Shown here: piece by piece, positions 8,915 through 19,838 of the stretch
Numbering within the stretch: position 1 is the stretch's first letter
Layout: each line of letters opens with the position of its first letter
Assembly (NCBI GenBank): GCA_963665095.1
Contig: OY762069.1
Location: 3,008,001-3,072,000, forward strand
Source: an uncultured Desulfobacter sp.
GTDB taxonomy: Bacteria; Desulfobacterota; Desulfobacteria; Desulfobacterales; Desulfobacteraceae
DNA length: 64,000 nucleotides
Direction: 5' to 3'
The notes under the pieces: generated by a model
Told to the model about the DNA's origin: nothing
The model's input: the letters and a program-made list of their open reading frames with translations, nothing else
Databases searched by the model: none
Program-made: the position numbers and the translations under genes

Positions 8915-10177
8915 ATGCAGGAAATGGAAAAAGTGATGTATGCAGACAATGCACCTGCGGTTGGCACTGATCCGGACACAATTTTCTTTGTCCAGGTGGA
9001 TGCCACCAAATGTATTGCCTGCGGTCAGTGCGAAGAGGTCTGTGCCACCGGAGCCATCCAGTCCATCAACGATGACGGCATTCATCAGGTGATCCATCCG
9101 GCAGCCTGCATGAACTGCGGCCAGTGTCTGATCAACTGCCCTGCCGGCGCCATCTATGAAGGTGTCAGCTATGTAAACGAAATATTTGAAAAAATTACAG
9201 ACCCCGATACTGTGGTCGTATCCATGCCGGCCCCGTCCGTGCGCTACGGGCTGGCGGAGTGCTTTGGCAAGGCCGTGGGCACCTATTCAGGGGGCAAAAT
9301 GCACGCAGCCTTCAAAGCCCTTGGGTTTGACTATGTCTGGGACAACGAATTCACAGCAGACGTCACCATCATGGAAGAGGGAACCGAGCTGATCCAGCGC
9401 ATTTCCAACCCGGACAAGGAAAAACCCCTGCCGCAGTTTACCTCCTGCTGTCCAGGGTGGGTAAAATTTGTGGAAACCTTTTACCCGGACCTGCTGCCCC
9501 ACGTCTCCACCTGTAAATCTCCCATCGGCATGCTCGGGCCGCTTGCAAAAACGTACGGGGCACATGAAACCCATAAAAAAGCACAAAATATTTATACGGT
9601 TTCCGTCATGCCCTGTATTGCAAAAAAATATGAAGGGCTTCGCCCGGAGCTGGCTGACTCCGGCTTCAGGGATATTGATGCCACGATCACCACCAGAGAA
9701 CTTGCCTATATGATCAAACGCTCAGGTATTGATTTTGACACCCTGCCGGAACGGGAACCTGATCCGGTCCTGGGTCAGTCCACAGGTGCGGCCACGATTT
9801 TCGGCAACAGCGGTGGGGTTATGGAAGCAGCTTTGCGGCTGGCCTATGAAGTATTGTCCGGCAAGACCTTAAACGATCCGGACATCAAAGTGGTGCGTAC
9901 CCGGGAAGGCATTAACACCAAACAGATCAAGGTCCCCGGATTCGGCACGGTGAAAGTGGCAGTATCCAGCGGTCTTGAAAATGCCGCCAAAATCTGTGAT
10001 CAGGTCAGAGCCGGCAAGGCAGACTATCATTTTATTGAAATCATGTCCTGCCCGGGCGGTTGCGTCAACGGTGGGGGGCAGCCCCTGAATCCGGATGTGC
10101 GCGAGGCCAGTATCGGTAAGAAATTCAGAATGGCCATGAAAAAAGAAATGGAGACATCTAAAGCCCGCCGGGCGTAA
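8915..10177 (+). CDS. hydA: [FeFe]-hydrogenase large subunit (2x[4Fe-4S] ferredoxin domain + H-cluster)
   Basis: CIACGQCEEVC and CMNCGQCLINCP ferredoxin motifs. H-cluster motifs TSCCPGW, MPCIAKKYE and EIMSCPGGCVNGGGQP. Confidence 0.96.
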   Translation: MQEMEKVMYADNAPAVGTDPDTIFFVQVDATKCIACGQCEEVCATGAIQSINDDGIHQVIHPAACMNCGQCLINCPAGAIYEGVSYVNEIFEKITDPDTVVVSMPAPSVRYGLAECFGKAVGTYSGGKMHAAFKALGFDYVWDNEFTADVTIMEEGTELIQRISNPDKEKPLPQFTSCCPGWVKFVETFYPDLLPHVSTCKSPIGMLGPLAKTYGAHETHKKAQNIYTVSVMPCIAKKYEGLRPELADSGFRDIDATITTRELAYMIKRSGIDFDTLPEREPDPVLGQSTGAATIFGNSGGVMEAALRLAYEVLSGKTLNDPDIKVVRTREGINTKQIKVPGFGTVKVAVSSGLENAAKICDQVRAGKADYHFIEIMSCPGGCVNGGGQPLNPDVREASIGKKFRMAMKKEMETSKARRA

Positions 10178-10189
10178 AAGGAGGATAAT

Positions 10190-10531
10190 ATGAGCGAAAT
10201 TAAAATTTCCAGAAGAGGATTTATGATGGCAGCCGGTGCGGTTACAGGGTTTGCCGTGCTGGGCACACCGGCCATCAGGTTTGCGGGCGCAGCTGAAACA
10301 GATTTCGTGGGTGACCGCCAGAAATCAGTCTATAATGCAGACGCAAAGATCTACAAAATCCGCAAATCCCAGGACAACCCCATGGTAAAAAAGCTGTACA
10401 ATACCAAGGATGGCTTTCTGCATGACGGTCCCTGCGGCCATATGTCCCATCATCTGCTTCACACCCATTATACGGACCGCAGCAGCCGAATTGCTGCCCT
10501 GAAGGAAAAAGGATTTACACTGAATCTGTAA
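10190..10531 (+). CDS. hydB: [FeFe]-hydrogenase small subunit with Tat signal peptide
   Basis: SRRGFM twin-arginine signal, plus RKSQDNPMVKKLY and SHHLLHTHY motifs. Confidence 0.94.
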   Translation: MSEIKISRRGFMMAAGAVTGFAVLGTPAIRFAGAAETDFVGDRQKSVYNADAKIYKIRKSQDNPMVKKLYNTKDGFLHDGPCGHMSHHLLHTHYTDRSSRIAALKEKGFTLNL

Positions 10532-10537
10532 ACACCG

Positions 10538-10573
10538 GCCTGCTGCAGGCTTTTAAGCCTGCAGCAGGCTTTC
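10538..10573 (+). terminator. Strong hairpin after hydB (terminator or mRNA-stabilising stem)
   Basis: GCCTGCTGCAGGCTT-TT-AAGCCTGCAGCAGGC is a perfect inverted repeat with a short T tail. Confidence 0.6.
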
Positions 10574-10599
10574 CCCCGACACTGAAAAAGGAGCCTGCC

Positions 10600-12828
10600 A
10601 TGTTCCCCGCCAAAGCTATCATCTGTAACCGTATCCCTTTTCTATTACCATTGATGACGCTTTCTTTCCTGATTTCAGGTATCTGTTTTAGTCTACAGGT
10701 GACGGCAAAAGAGGTTGCAGGCTCCCCGGATCCGGCCATACTGATAGCCGGAACACAGGAAACAACCGCCGGGCATCAGGATACAACTCAAAAGGTCCCC
10801 CGGGAAACAGAGTCATCCGCCATGACGACACCTCAGACCTGTCTCGACCCGGTGGTGGTTACGGCCAGGGATATGCCGGGTTTGATGTCCCAGACACCGG
10901 GCGGTACCGGCGTGGTCACCTCCGTTGATATTGAGAGGCATCCGCCGGTCAGTCTCACGAATATCACCCGGCAGATAGCCGGTGTGGAAAAAACAACAGA
11001 CTCCCCCTGGGGGTCAGATATCAACATCCGGGGATTAAGCAGAAACAGTGTGCTCTTTCTTGTTGACGGATGCCGGGTGAATACAGCCACAGACATCAAT
11101 GCCAGGTTCGGGCTGGTCAATCCATATGATATTGAACGGATCGAAGTACTCAAAGGGCCGATTTCGGCCCTGTACGGATGGGGCGTAATGGGTGGGGTGG
11201 TCAACGTGATTACCCGCACGGGGGGATATGCGGATGTCCCGGAGACCAGGGAGCAGATATGGGTACGCACCTCATCCAATCCGGAAGGCTACGGTACTTT
11301 TGGTCGGATGGTGTTTCAAAGCCCTGACTTATGGATACTGGGTGCCGCAGGGTACTCAGATTATAATGACACTGAAAGTGCAGACAACACACCCATTCAT
11401 AACAGCCAGTTCAGGGATGTTTACGGACGGTTTGGCAGCGGGTATCTCTGGAACCCGCTGAATGAAACCCAGGTCAACATCCAGGTCATGGAGGGGAAAA
11501 ACATCGGCATTCCAGGCACGGGGCTTGCCTCTCTTGCCGAAACCACCGACGTCACCTATCCTTCCACTCAAAGGGTGCTGGGCAGTGTCACTCATACGGT
11601 GACACCGGAATCCGGGGTCCTTGACAGTTCCAGAATACGGCTGTTCTTCCAGGAAGTGGACAGAAACGTCAAAATTGACAACTTTCCTGCGGCAGCCGCC
11701 CTTGAGTCGGCCGAACCAGGGGCTGACCATAAAACCATGGGGCTTAACTGGACAAATCACCTGACCCTTGACACACATGCGCCGGTGCTGGGCATAGAGG
11801 TCTGGGAATGGAAAATTGATGATACCGAGCGGACCAAATATTTTAAATCCGGTCTTGTGGGTGTTGATTCCAGCCTTGGCAATCTGACCCAGACCGTAGG
11901 CGGCATATTTGCCGAAGACAACTGGGGTATGAATGATGCCCTGAATCTGAATATCGGGGGACGCCTGGATGCCACCCGGGTCAAGAGTGATGATCTATAT
12001 AACTGGATCACGCCGCCCTCATCAGCCATGACGGTTACCAAAGTCCGGGACGGGGAGACAACCACAGATGCGTCATGGCAGGCACAGACAGGTCTCACCT
12101 GGCAGATCGCCCCGGCCTGGTCTGCCACCGGGGTTGCCGCAGCCTCCTACCGGCCACCGGATCTCATGGACCTGTTTAAGTATGTCAGTCTTGGCAGCGG
12201 GGTTAGCCTGTACGGCAACCCGGATCTTAAACCGGAACGATCCTGTTTTTTTGAATCCGGGTTGCATTATGTGGACCGCAGGATACGGCTGACAGGCTGT
12301 GCTTACCTGAATGACCTTAAGGACATGATTACTGAAAACCAGGTCAGTGCCACCCGGATAGAGATGGAAAATGTGGACAGAGCCCGGATTTACGGAGCTG
12401 AAATGTCAGGCCAGTGGCGAATTGCGCCCCAGTTTCTTGCCCAGGCAGCTCTGGCATGGACACGGGGGAAGAACCGGACAACCGGAGAGCCTCTTCCTTT
12501 TATTGCGCCCTTGAATGCACAGATCTCCTTGGGATGGGATCAGGCGGGCCAGGATCAAAAGGCCAAAGGATGGCGGGCGGAAATTGTTTATGAATGGGCA
12601 GATGCCCAGGACCGGGTGCCTGAAGGCCAGCAGGCGTCAGACAGTTGGCAGACTTTTGATATCAGTGCAGGATACGGGTTTAAAGCCTTTGGGAAGGGCC
12701 ACGACCTGATGGTGGCCGTGACCAATATTTTAGACGAGGACTATCATAACTATCTGGCCACCTCCCGGGGAATGGTGCTCAAAGAACCGGGCATTGGCGT
12801 CAGCCTTCAGTACAGGATACAGTTATAG
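10600..12828 (+). CDS. TonB-dependent outer-membrane receptor
   Basis: TonB-box-like DPVVVTA, plug motifs INIRGL and IERIEVLKGPISALYG, and barrel motifs GNPDLKPE and NILDEDY. Confidence 0.92.
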   Translation: MFPAKAIICNRIPFLLPLMTLSFLISGICFSLQVTAKEVAGSPDPAILIAGTQETTAGHQDTTQKVPRETESSAMTTPQTCLDPVVVTARDMPGLMSQTPGGTGVVTSVDIERHPPVSLTNITRQIAGVEKTTDSPWGSDINIRGLSRNSVLFLVDGCRVNTATDINARFGLVNPYDIERIEVLKGPISALYGWGVMGGVVNVITRTGGYADVPETREQIWVRTSSNPEGYGTFGRMVFQSPDLWILGAAGYSDYNDTESADNTPIHNSQFRDVYGRFGSGYLWNPLNETQVNIQVMEGKNIGIPGTGLASLAETTDVTYPSTQRVLGSVTHTVTPESGVLDSSRIRLFFQEVDRNVKIDNFPAAAALESAEPGADHKTMGLNWTNHLTLDTHAPVLGIEVWEWKIDDTERTKYFKSGLVGVDSSLGNLTQTVGGIFAEDNWGMNDALNLNIGGRLDATRVKSDDLYNWITPPSSAMTVTKVRDGETTTDASWQAQTGLTWQIAPAWSATGVAAASYRPPDLMDLFKYVSLGSGVSLYGNPDLKPERSCFFESGLHYVDRRIRLTGCAYLNDLKDMITENQVSATRIEMENVDRARIYGAEMSGQWRIAPQFLAQAALAWTRGKNRTTGEPLPFIAPLNAQISLGWDQAGQDQKAKGWRAEIVYEWADAQDRVPEGQQASDSWQTFDISAGYGFKAFGKGHDLMVAVTNILDEDYHNYLATSRGMVLKEPGIGVSLQYRIQL

Positions 12829-13208
12829 GATTCCTTGAACCTTACTACCAATATCGTATCCCTTTTCCGGTCCGGAGTTTGGCTGATTTCCAGGCCCCGG
12901 ATATCGCAGCTTCTCTTTAGCGGAACATATCCTGTTCATCTTTTTTTTGCACTTATTCACTTTTTTGAAAAAAGGCACAAACTTATATCTACTGACATCA
13001 ATTGTTAATATTTGACATTGACAAGTAAGACAGCCTATTCTACAAAAGTTGGATAGGATTCATAATTAATCTGCTATAATTTTATAATTTTCAAAACCCA
13101 ATAATTTTCGTCATAAGGGTTTTCCCGACGAACTAATGCACGCCCCCGGACAGGTGCTTGTGCTGTAATATTTGATTACTTCAATATAATTTACAGGGCA
13201 CAAAAAAA

Positions 13209-16200
13209 GTGAGTGGACAGTTAACCAAGCTAAAGCGTCGTATGCAGCAGGCCATTGCCACGAAATTATTCGTATGGATTTTTTCGATTTATCTGCTGGT
13301 GGCTCTGATTACAACAGCCTTTTACCTGTTTGCGGAATTTGCCCATGCCAGGCGCAGCATCACCAATGAAATCAAAGCCATCAGCGACTCTTTGTCCCCC
13401 GGTATCGCCCGGGCTGTCTGGATTGCCAGCATTGAGCAGCTTCAGGCTCAGATTGAAAATGTGCCCAGTATTCCCTTTATCGTAGGCGTTACAGTTGAAA
13501 CCGACTGGTTTGAAAAAATGTCATACGGGATTACCCCGACGTCAGCGACTGAAAAGCCCGAGCAGGTTAACGGAATTCATATATTTTCAAGAGAGTTCTC
13601 CCTGTTTGGATACTCTGCCCCCCTGGTTTTTGACGACAACGAAGCTGTGATCGGCAAAATCACCTTTTATTCCAGTATTGATGTGGTCTGGAACCGGTTA
13701 CAGTACAGCTTTATCTCCATTATCGTCAATGTTCTGGTTCTGACCTTCGCGCTGTTTGTTATTTTTTTCCGTGTCAGTGACATTCTTCTCAGCCGGCCTT
13801 TGAAACAGCTCACAGCCGCATGCAGCCGGATTAATATCAACAGTCTGGATAAAGTGGCGGTTACTTTTAGTGTGACAGGGGAGGATGAGCTATCCATCCT
13901 GGGTCAGACCTTTAACGACATGGTCAAAAAGCTGCATATTTCAAACCAGGAGCTTTATACCATACACAATCAGTATACCCTGGACCTTGAATGCCAGGTT
14001 AAAGAACGCACAGCTGAACTGCAAAAAGCCCATGCTGAACTGGACACCATTTTTCAAAACAGCCAGGTGGGCCTGATGCTGCTGCGGGACGGCCGGGCCA
14101 TTGCCAGGGCCAACCAGCGGCTGGTTGACATCTTCGGCTATGACCATCCGGATGAACTTGAAGGGTCATCCACCCGAAAGCTGCACCTGTCCCAAAAGAA
14201 CTATAAAAAGTTCGGCGATCAGTTTTATCGTGCCATCAGGAAGGGCGACCAGACCAAACTTGAATACCAGCTTATCCGGAAAGACGGTACGGTTATATGG
14301 TGCACCCTGTCAGGCAAAGCGCTTGATAAAACCCTTCCGCCGGACTTGAGTAAAGGGGTTTTATGGGTTATTGATGACGTTACCTCCCGCAAAGTCATGG
14401 AACAGGTAGTAATCCAGGCACGGGAGCGGGCAGAAAAAGCACGGCTGGACGCAGAGCAGGCCAACCGTTTCAAAAGCGATTTCCTGGCCAATATGAGCCA
14501 TGAAATCCGGACACCCATGAATGCCATTATCGGCATGACATACCTGCTGCGGCAACAGGCATTAACGCCTGAGCAGGAAAACTATGTTGTCAAAATAGAA
14601 GCATCCTCAAGTGCGCTTTTAGGGCTGATTAACGACATTCTTGATTTTTCCAAAATCGAAGCCGGCAAGCTTGAAATCGAAACTGTGGCGTTTGACCTTC
14701 ACTCAATCATTGAAAATATCGCCACTCTGGTGGGCATAAAGGCAGAGGAAAAGCACCTCAATTTCGTCGTCTCCTACGATCCCTCTCTGGGCATGAACCG
14801 GTATGGCGATCCCCTGCGTCTGGGCCAGATTCTTACCAATCTTGCCACCAATGCGGTTAAATTTACGGAAAAAGGCGAAGTGGGCATCTACATTGACCGG
14901 GTAGAGGACGATCTGATCCGGTTTGAGGTGCGGGATACAGGCATCGGCCTGACCCTGGATCAGCAGAAAAGATTGTTCAAATCTTTTTCACAGGCTGATA
15001 CCAGCACCACCCGGAAATACGGGGGAACCGGCCTGGGTCTTGCCATCTCAAAACAGCTGGTGGACATGATGGGCGGCCGCATCTGGGTGGAAAGCCAGAA
15101 GGGGCAAGGCAGCTCCTTTATCTTTGAACTGCCCTTAAAAGAACAGACAAAAAAGGAAACCCCCCATAAAACGTTCTCAAACAAACGCGTGCTCATCGTA
15201 GACGACACCCCCTCATGGCAGAAGGTACTTTCCCGTATGCTCGAATATTACGGTATTGAAGCGGAAACAGCGGACTCGGGAGAAGAAGCCATCAGGCTGA
15301 TGTGTGACCAGGAGAAATACTTTGACCTGGTATTCATGGACTGGCACCTGCCCGGCATGGACGGCATTGAAACGGCCATGGAACTTAAAGCCGGCAGCAA
15401 AAAAGCGCCATCCGCTATCATCATGGTATCCGCATACAAAAAAGACAACATTGCCCATTCAGCCAGGGATGCCGGCATTGACCTGTTTATGGAAAAGCCC
15501 ATCAATCCGTCGCTGATGTATAACGTCATCGTGGATGCCTTTGGCGAAGGAATCAAGGATGATTACCGCCAAAGGGCAGATGCGTCATCTCTGAAGGAGG
15601 AGCTGACATCGCTTCGGGGCAGCACCATTCTTTTAGTGGAAGACAATGCCATGAACCGGGAGATCATCCAGGGCATGCTGGCCCACAGCGGCATTCATAT
15701 CAGGGAAGCGGTGGATGGTCACAAGGCAGTTGAGATTTATCAGGCAGCCCCCGACCTTTACGAACTGATCCTGATGGATCTTCAGATGCCGGAAATGGAC
15801 GGTTATGAAGCCTGCCGCCGCATTCGGAAGATTAATGCGGATGTGCCCATTATCGCACTGACAGCCAATGCCATGATCCAGGATATCCACCGCACGCGAA
15901 AAGTGGGGATGAATGCCCATCTGAACAAGCCCGTTGATGTGGAAAAACTGTTTTCCACGCTGCTCAATTACATTTCCAGGAAATGCAATCCTGTCCTGAC
16001 AGGCGACATGTTTAAAGCTCAGGAAAACGGTGCAGACTTTCCGGAATTTAAATTCATCGATACAAAAGCAGGCCTTGGACGGGTCATGGGCGATACAAAA
16101 CTGTACGCAAAACTGTTAAAAGACTTTTCCGCGGAATATGAAACTGCCGCGGAAAGACTGCCTGAACTTATGAAAGACAATCCACCCGCTGCTGACCGCC

Positions 16201-16604
16201 TGATCCATACCCTGAAGGGGCTCAGTGCCAATATCGGGGCTCAGTCTTTGCATGAAATTGTAAAAATACTTGAACAGCACCCCTCTTTGGATCTCATACC
16301 GGATTTTCGCAGCGAACTTATAAAAGTAGTAGCTGAAATTAAAGAAAATGAGTATCTTAATACCTGTACCCCCAAAACGAAAAAACACATTGTTGATCAC
16401 AAAACCCGCGAAGGATTGATGGCACGGCTGGCCCAGGGGCTTAAACGACGGCGGCCGCCCGTCATTCGTCCGCTGCTTGATGATCTGGAAGCATGTGCCC
16501 TGCCCCCTGAAGATGAAAAGCTGGTAGCAAATATTAGATCGTGGGTAAAAAACTATAAATTCAAAGAAGCACTGGCGGCTCTGGAAGGACGTACTAATGG
16601 ATGA
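13209..16604 (+). CDS. Hybrid sensor histidine kinase (TM-HAMP-PAS-HisKA-HATPase-REC-REC-HPt)
   Basis: [22 protein letters not shown] and GGTGLGL motifs. Two receivers ([22 protein letters not shown]) and an HPt ([12 protein letters not shown]). Confidence 0.95.
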   Translation: MSGQLTKLKRRMQQAIATKLFVWIFSIYLLVALITTAFYLFAEFAHARRSITNEIKAISDSLSPGIARAVWIASIEQLQAQIENVPSIPFIVGVTVETDWFEKMSYGITPTSATEKPEQVNGIHIFSREFSLFGYSAPLVFDDNEAVIGKITFYSSIDVVWNRLQYSFISIIVNVLVLTFALFVIFFRVSDILLSRPLKQLTAACSRININSLDKVAVTFSVTGEDELSILGQTFNDMVKKLHISNQELYTIHNQYTLDLECQVKERTAELQKAHAELDTIFQNSQVGLMLLRDGRAIARANQRLVDIFGYDHPDELEGSSTRKLHLSQKNYKKFGDQFYRAIRKGDQTKLEYQLIRKDGTVIWCTLSGKALDKTLPPDLSKGVLWVIDDVTSRKVMEQVVIQARERAEKARLDAEQANRFKSDFLANMSHEIRTPMNAIIGMTYLLRQQALTPEQENYVVKIEASSSALLGLINDILDFSKIEAGKLEIETVAFDLHSIIENIATLVGIKAEEKHLNFVVSYDPSLGMNRYGDPLRLGQILTNLATNAVKFTEKGEVGIYIDRVEDDLIRFEVRDTGIGLTLDQQKRLFKSFSQADTSTTRKYGGTGLGLAISKQLVDMMGGRIWVESQKGQGSSFIFELPLKEQTKKETPHKTFSNKRVLIVDDTPSWQKVLSRMLEYYGIEAETADSGEEAIRLMCDQEKYFDLVFMDWHLPGMDGIETAMELKAGSKKAPSAIIMVSAYKKDNIAHSARDAGIDLFMEKPINPSLMYNVIVDAFGEGIKDDYRQRADASSLKEELTSLRGSTILLVEDNAMNREIIQGMLAHSGIHIREAVDGHKAVEIYQAAPDLYELILMDLQMPEMDGYEACRRIRKINADVPIIALTANAMIQDIHRTRKVGMNAHLNKPVDVEKLFSTLLNYISRKCNPVLTGDMFKAQENGADFPEFKFIDTKAGLGRVMGDTKLYAKLLKDFSAEYETAAERLPELMKDNPPAADRLIHTLKGLSANIGAQSLHEIVKILEQHPSLDLIPDFRSELIKVVAEIKENEYLNTCTPKTKKHIVDHKTREGLMARLAQGLKRRRPPVIRPLLDDLEACALPPEDEKLVANIRSWVKNYKFKEALAALEGRTNG

Positions 16605-17487
16605 TTTTTCAGATAAGACCATTTTGGTGGTGGATGACACAGAAAGCAACCTTGATATGGTTCTGGCAATTCTCCAGGATTTCGATGTCATCCCCTGTAC
16701 CTCAGGCGTTGATGCTCTGGAAATGGTTAAAGAAGAGGATATCAACCTGATCCTGCTGGATATTCTCATGCCTGAGTTGGATGGATACAGCGTATGTTCA
16801 ACGCTGAAATCAGATCCTGAAACCCAGGAGATTCCCATTATCTTCATTACTGCCAAGACCGATGAAGAGAGCATTGAAAAAGCCTATGAGATAGGTGGTG
16901 CCGATTATGTCACCAAGCCTTTCAAACCTAAGGAACTGCTGGCCCGGGTCCGTGTGCAGCTGCAGTTGCAGAATGTGATTCGGGAACTGGACCTTCTGGC
17001 CACCCGGGATGTTCTCACCGGCATATTTAATCGACGAAAATTCTTTGAACTGGGTAAAAACATGTTTGAGTCGTCCGGCGAAAATCTCTACGCCCTGATG
17101 ATTGACATTGACCATTTCAAAAAGGTCAATGACCGGTACGGCCATGATGTCGGCGACATTGTTTTAAGAAAGGTCTCCGATGTTATCGGCAAAACCCTGC
17201 CCGAGGATGCTGTATTCGGACGTATGGGCGGAGAGGAGTTTTCCGTGATGTTTGTCTCTGAAACCCATAATCAGGCCATGGATATTGTGTCTGATATTCT
17301 GAAAAATGTGGCCCAGGCCCAGATTCCGTTAAAGGACGGCACCACCATCTCCTGTACGATCTCCATTGGGATCGGGCGAAAATATCCTGAATTCCCAACC
17401 CTGGACAGCCTTTTAAAAGAGGCGGACATGACCCTTTATGAAGCCAAGGAGAGCGGCAGGAATACCAGCATTTTCAGGGACCGGTAG
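16597..17487 (+). CDS. Response regulator-diguanylate cyclase (REC + GGDEF)
   Basis: ILVVDD, LLDILMP and KPF receiver motifs, then DIDHFKKVNDRYGH and GGEEF. No RxxD I-site. Overlaps the kinase stop. Confidence 0.94.
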   Translation: MDDFSDKTILVVDDTESNLDMVLAILQDFDVIPCTSGVDALEMVKEEDINLILLDILMPELDGYSVCSTLKSDPETQEIPIIFITAKTDEESIEKAYEIGGADYVTKPFKPKELLARVRVQLQLQNVIRELDLLATRDVLTGIFNRRKFFELGKNMFESSGENLYALMIDIDHFKKVNDRYGHDVGDIVLRKVSDVIGKTLPEDAVFGRMGGEEFSVMFVSETHNQAMDIVSDILKNVAQAQIPLKDGTTISCTISIGIGRKYPEFPTLDSLLKEADMTLYEAKESGRNTSIFRDR

Positions 17488-17615
17488 AGAATCGGTGTTC
17501 ACAAATTCGCAGCCGTTTTTCATTGAGGAATCGCCCTGCGGATAAATCGCTTATTCTATCCGGACCTCGCCGGGGGAACGGCCGTGAAGAAGCCCTTTTT
17601 AATAAAAAAAATAAT

Positions 17616-19083
17616 GTAACTATTCAGCAAAAAAAACGCATTTGATGTCATTTTTCCCTTGACAGGGGTTTTGGCGAAAAATTTGAATTTTAGGTTTCAT
17701 ATACAAAACCCTTTATTGGGGAGGGTTATAGCGGATATCATTAGATCCACTGGTTTTTAGCCGACAGATGAATGGCAGGCCATATCCTTCATCAGACCCC
17801 AACCGAGAAAAGAAAAAGAAGAAACCTGGCGCCCGTAAACCCGGAGGACAAAACGGACATGTTGGAACCACCCTTCGAAAATTTGATACCCCTGATCAAA
17901 TCGAGAATATCCCTGTAGACAGAAAAAAACTTCCAAAGGGGAAATACAAAGATATCGGGTACGAATCCAGACAGGTTGTCGATATTGAGATCTCACGGGT
18001 TGTCACCGAATACCGGGCTCAGATTCTTGAAGATACCAAAGGGAAACGATACACAGATCCCTTTCCCGAAGGGATTAATCGTCCGGTACAATATGGCATT
18101 GATGTAAAAGTACATTCCGTGTATATGTCGCAATATCAGTTGGTGCCGTATAAGCGAATTGAAGAGGACTTTCAGGATCAGGTAAAAATTCCGATCAGCG
18201 CAGGGACGGTTTTCAACTTCAACTATGATGCCTATCATAAACTTGAGGCTTTTGAAGCCATGGTTAAATCAAAATTGATTGCGTCCGGCCTTTGTCATGC
18301 AGATGAGACCGGTATCAATATCAATGGGAAACGGGTTTGGCTGCATTGTGTATCCAATCCTTTATGGAGTTATTATCTTCCCCATGAAAAAAGAGGTTTA
18401 GAGGCCATGGAAGCGATGGGAATATTGCCTCATTTCAACGGGGTCCTCTGTCATGATCACTGGAAACCGTATTTCAGGTTTGACTGCCAGCATGCCCTGT
18501 GTAATGCCCATCACCTCAGGGAGCTTGAAAGGGCCTGGGATCAGGACAACCAGGAATGGGCCAGGGATATAAGAGATCTCTTATTGCAGATTAATCAAGC
18601 GGTAGATGATGCCGGAGGGCAACTGGAAACGGCAGAATCCCGGAAATATCGACAACAATACCGGGACCGGCTGGACAAGGCCCAGATTGAATGCCCGCCT
18701 CCCGATGAAAGCAAAAGAAAAAACAAGCGGGGCCGAACAAAACGATCCAAAGCAAGAAATCTTCTGGAGCGGTTGATTGATTATGAAACAGAAACCCTCC
18801 GCTTTATGGATGACGAGCATGTCCCCTTTACCAATAACCTGGGCGAAAACGACATCAGGATGACAAAAGTTCAGCAAAAAATATCCGGCTGTTTTCGTTC
18901 AACAGAGGGCGCTGCAATTTTTTGTCGAATTCGCAGTTATCTGTCAACGTGTAAAAAACATGGAATGAGAGCAACTGAGGCGTTGCGGATTTTATTTGAA
19001 GGCCGCCTGCCGGATTTTCTACATGAGTGATTCCGAGGTACCTCAAGATAGTATAATCTTGTTCAGGGGAGCTGAATAGTTAA
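17616..19083 (+). mobile_element. IS66-family element (single-ORF type), damaged
   Basis: IRL GTAACTATTCAGC (17616-17628) and IRR GCTGAATAGTTAA (19071-19083, last base mismatched). No matching target duplication. Confidence 0.85.
17768..19030 (+). CDS. IS66-family transposase, N-terminus apparently lost
   Basis: PSSDP...PGGQNGH, HADETG, CHDHW, LCNAHHLREL and FTNNLGENDIRMTKVQQKISGCFRS motifs. The ORF starts just before PSSDP. Confidence 0.85.
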   Translation: MNGRPYPSSDPNREKKKKKPGARKPGGQNGHVGTTLRKFDTPDQIENIPVDRKKLPKGKYKDIGYESRQVVDIEISRVVTEYRAQILEDTKGKRYTDPFPEGINRPVQYGIDVKVHSVYMSQYQLVPYKRIEEDFQDQVKIPISAGTVFNFNYDAYHKLEAFEAMVKSKLIASGLCHADETGININGKRVWLHCVSNPLWSYYLPHEKRGLEAMEAMGILPHFNGVLCHDHWKPYFRFDCQHALCNAHHLRELERAWDQDNQEWARDIRDLLLQINQAVDDAGGQLETAESRKYRQQYRDRLDKAQIECPPPDESKRKNKRGRTKRSKARNLLERLIDYETETLRFMDDEHVPFTNNLGENDIRMTKVQQKISGCFRSTEGAAIFCRIRSYLSTCKKHGMRATEALRILFEGRLPDFLHE

Positions 19084-19762
19084 TAGAGAAGCTTGTTGAG
19101 CCATATTCAAGTGGAGATCTAATGTACCGTTGCGATGGACTTGTAAAAGCACATACAATTTGTCTGATGAATTAAAAAATCAGGGCTATCCCGTGTCGCC
19201 AACAAGCGTACGAGCCCTGCTCAAAAATTTAGGATATAGCCTCCAAAGCAACCAAAAACGTTTTGAGGGGAGCCAGCATCCAGATAGGAATTCTTAGTTT
19301 GAATATATTGCAACAGCAACTGAAGAATTTCAAGATCGTGGTTGCCCTGTGATCTCTGTGGATGCCAAGAAAAAGGAACTAGTTGGAAACTTTGCAGACA
19401 AAGGGCGTGAATGGCAAAAGGCAAAACATCCGTTGGAAGTGGAGGCGTATGATTTTATCGACAAGGAACTGGGAAAAGTAACGCCATACGGAGCATACGA
19501 TATCACCCACAATTTGGGCTGGGTTAATGTGGGGACTGATAATGACACTGCTCAATTTGCGGTCAGAAGTATTCAGCGATGGTGGGAAGAGTTAGGTGAG
19601 CGTATGTATCCCGATGCTGAAGAAATACTGATTATGGCTGACGGAGGTGGTAGTAACGGATGGCGGAATCGCTGTCAATTCAACGGGCTGATTTTCACGG
19701 CGAGTGGAATTATTTGATTGCGCCAAGAAGAAGTTGATTAGATTATTTTTTGCGTAAACCCT
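19083..19762 (+). pseudogene. ISAzo13-family transposase remnant with probable right end
   Basis: Fragments IEKLVEP..GD / PLRWTCKST..LGYSLQSNQK..HPDRNS*FEYI..VISVDAKKKELVGNF..ADGGGSNG / QRADFHGEWNYLIAP. Two frameshifts, one stop and an internal deletion. Probable end TTATTTTTTGCGTAAACCCT. Confidence 0.85.
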
Positions 19763-19838
19763 AAGTAACATAATATTTTCGATATCGATTTTGAGATGAA
19801 CAGGGTCGGGATATTTTTGTTTTTATTGGGAATCAACT

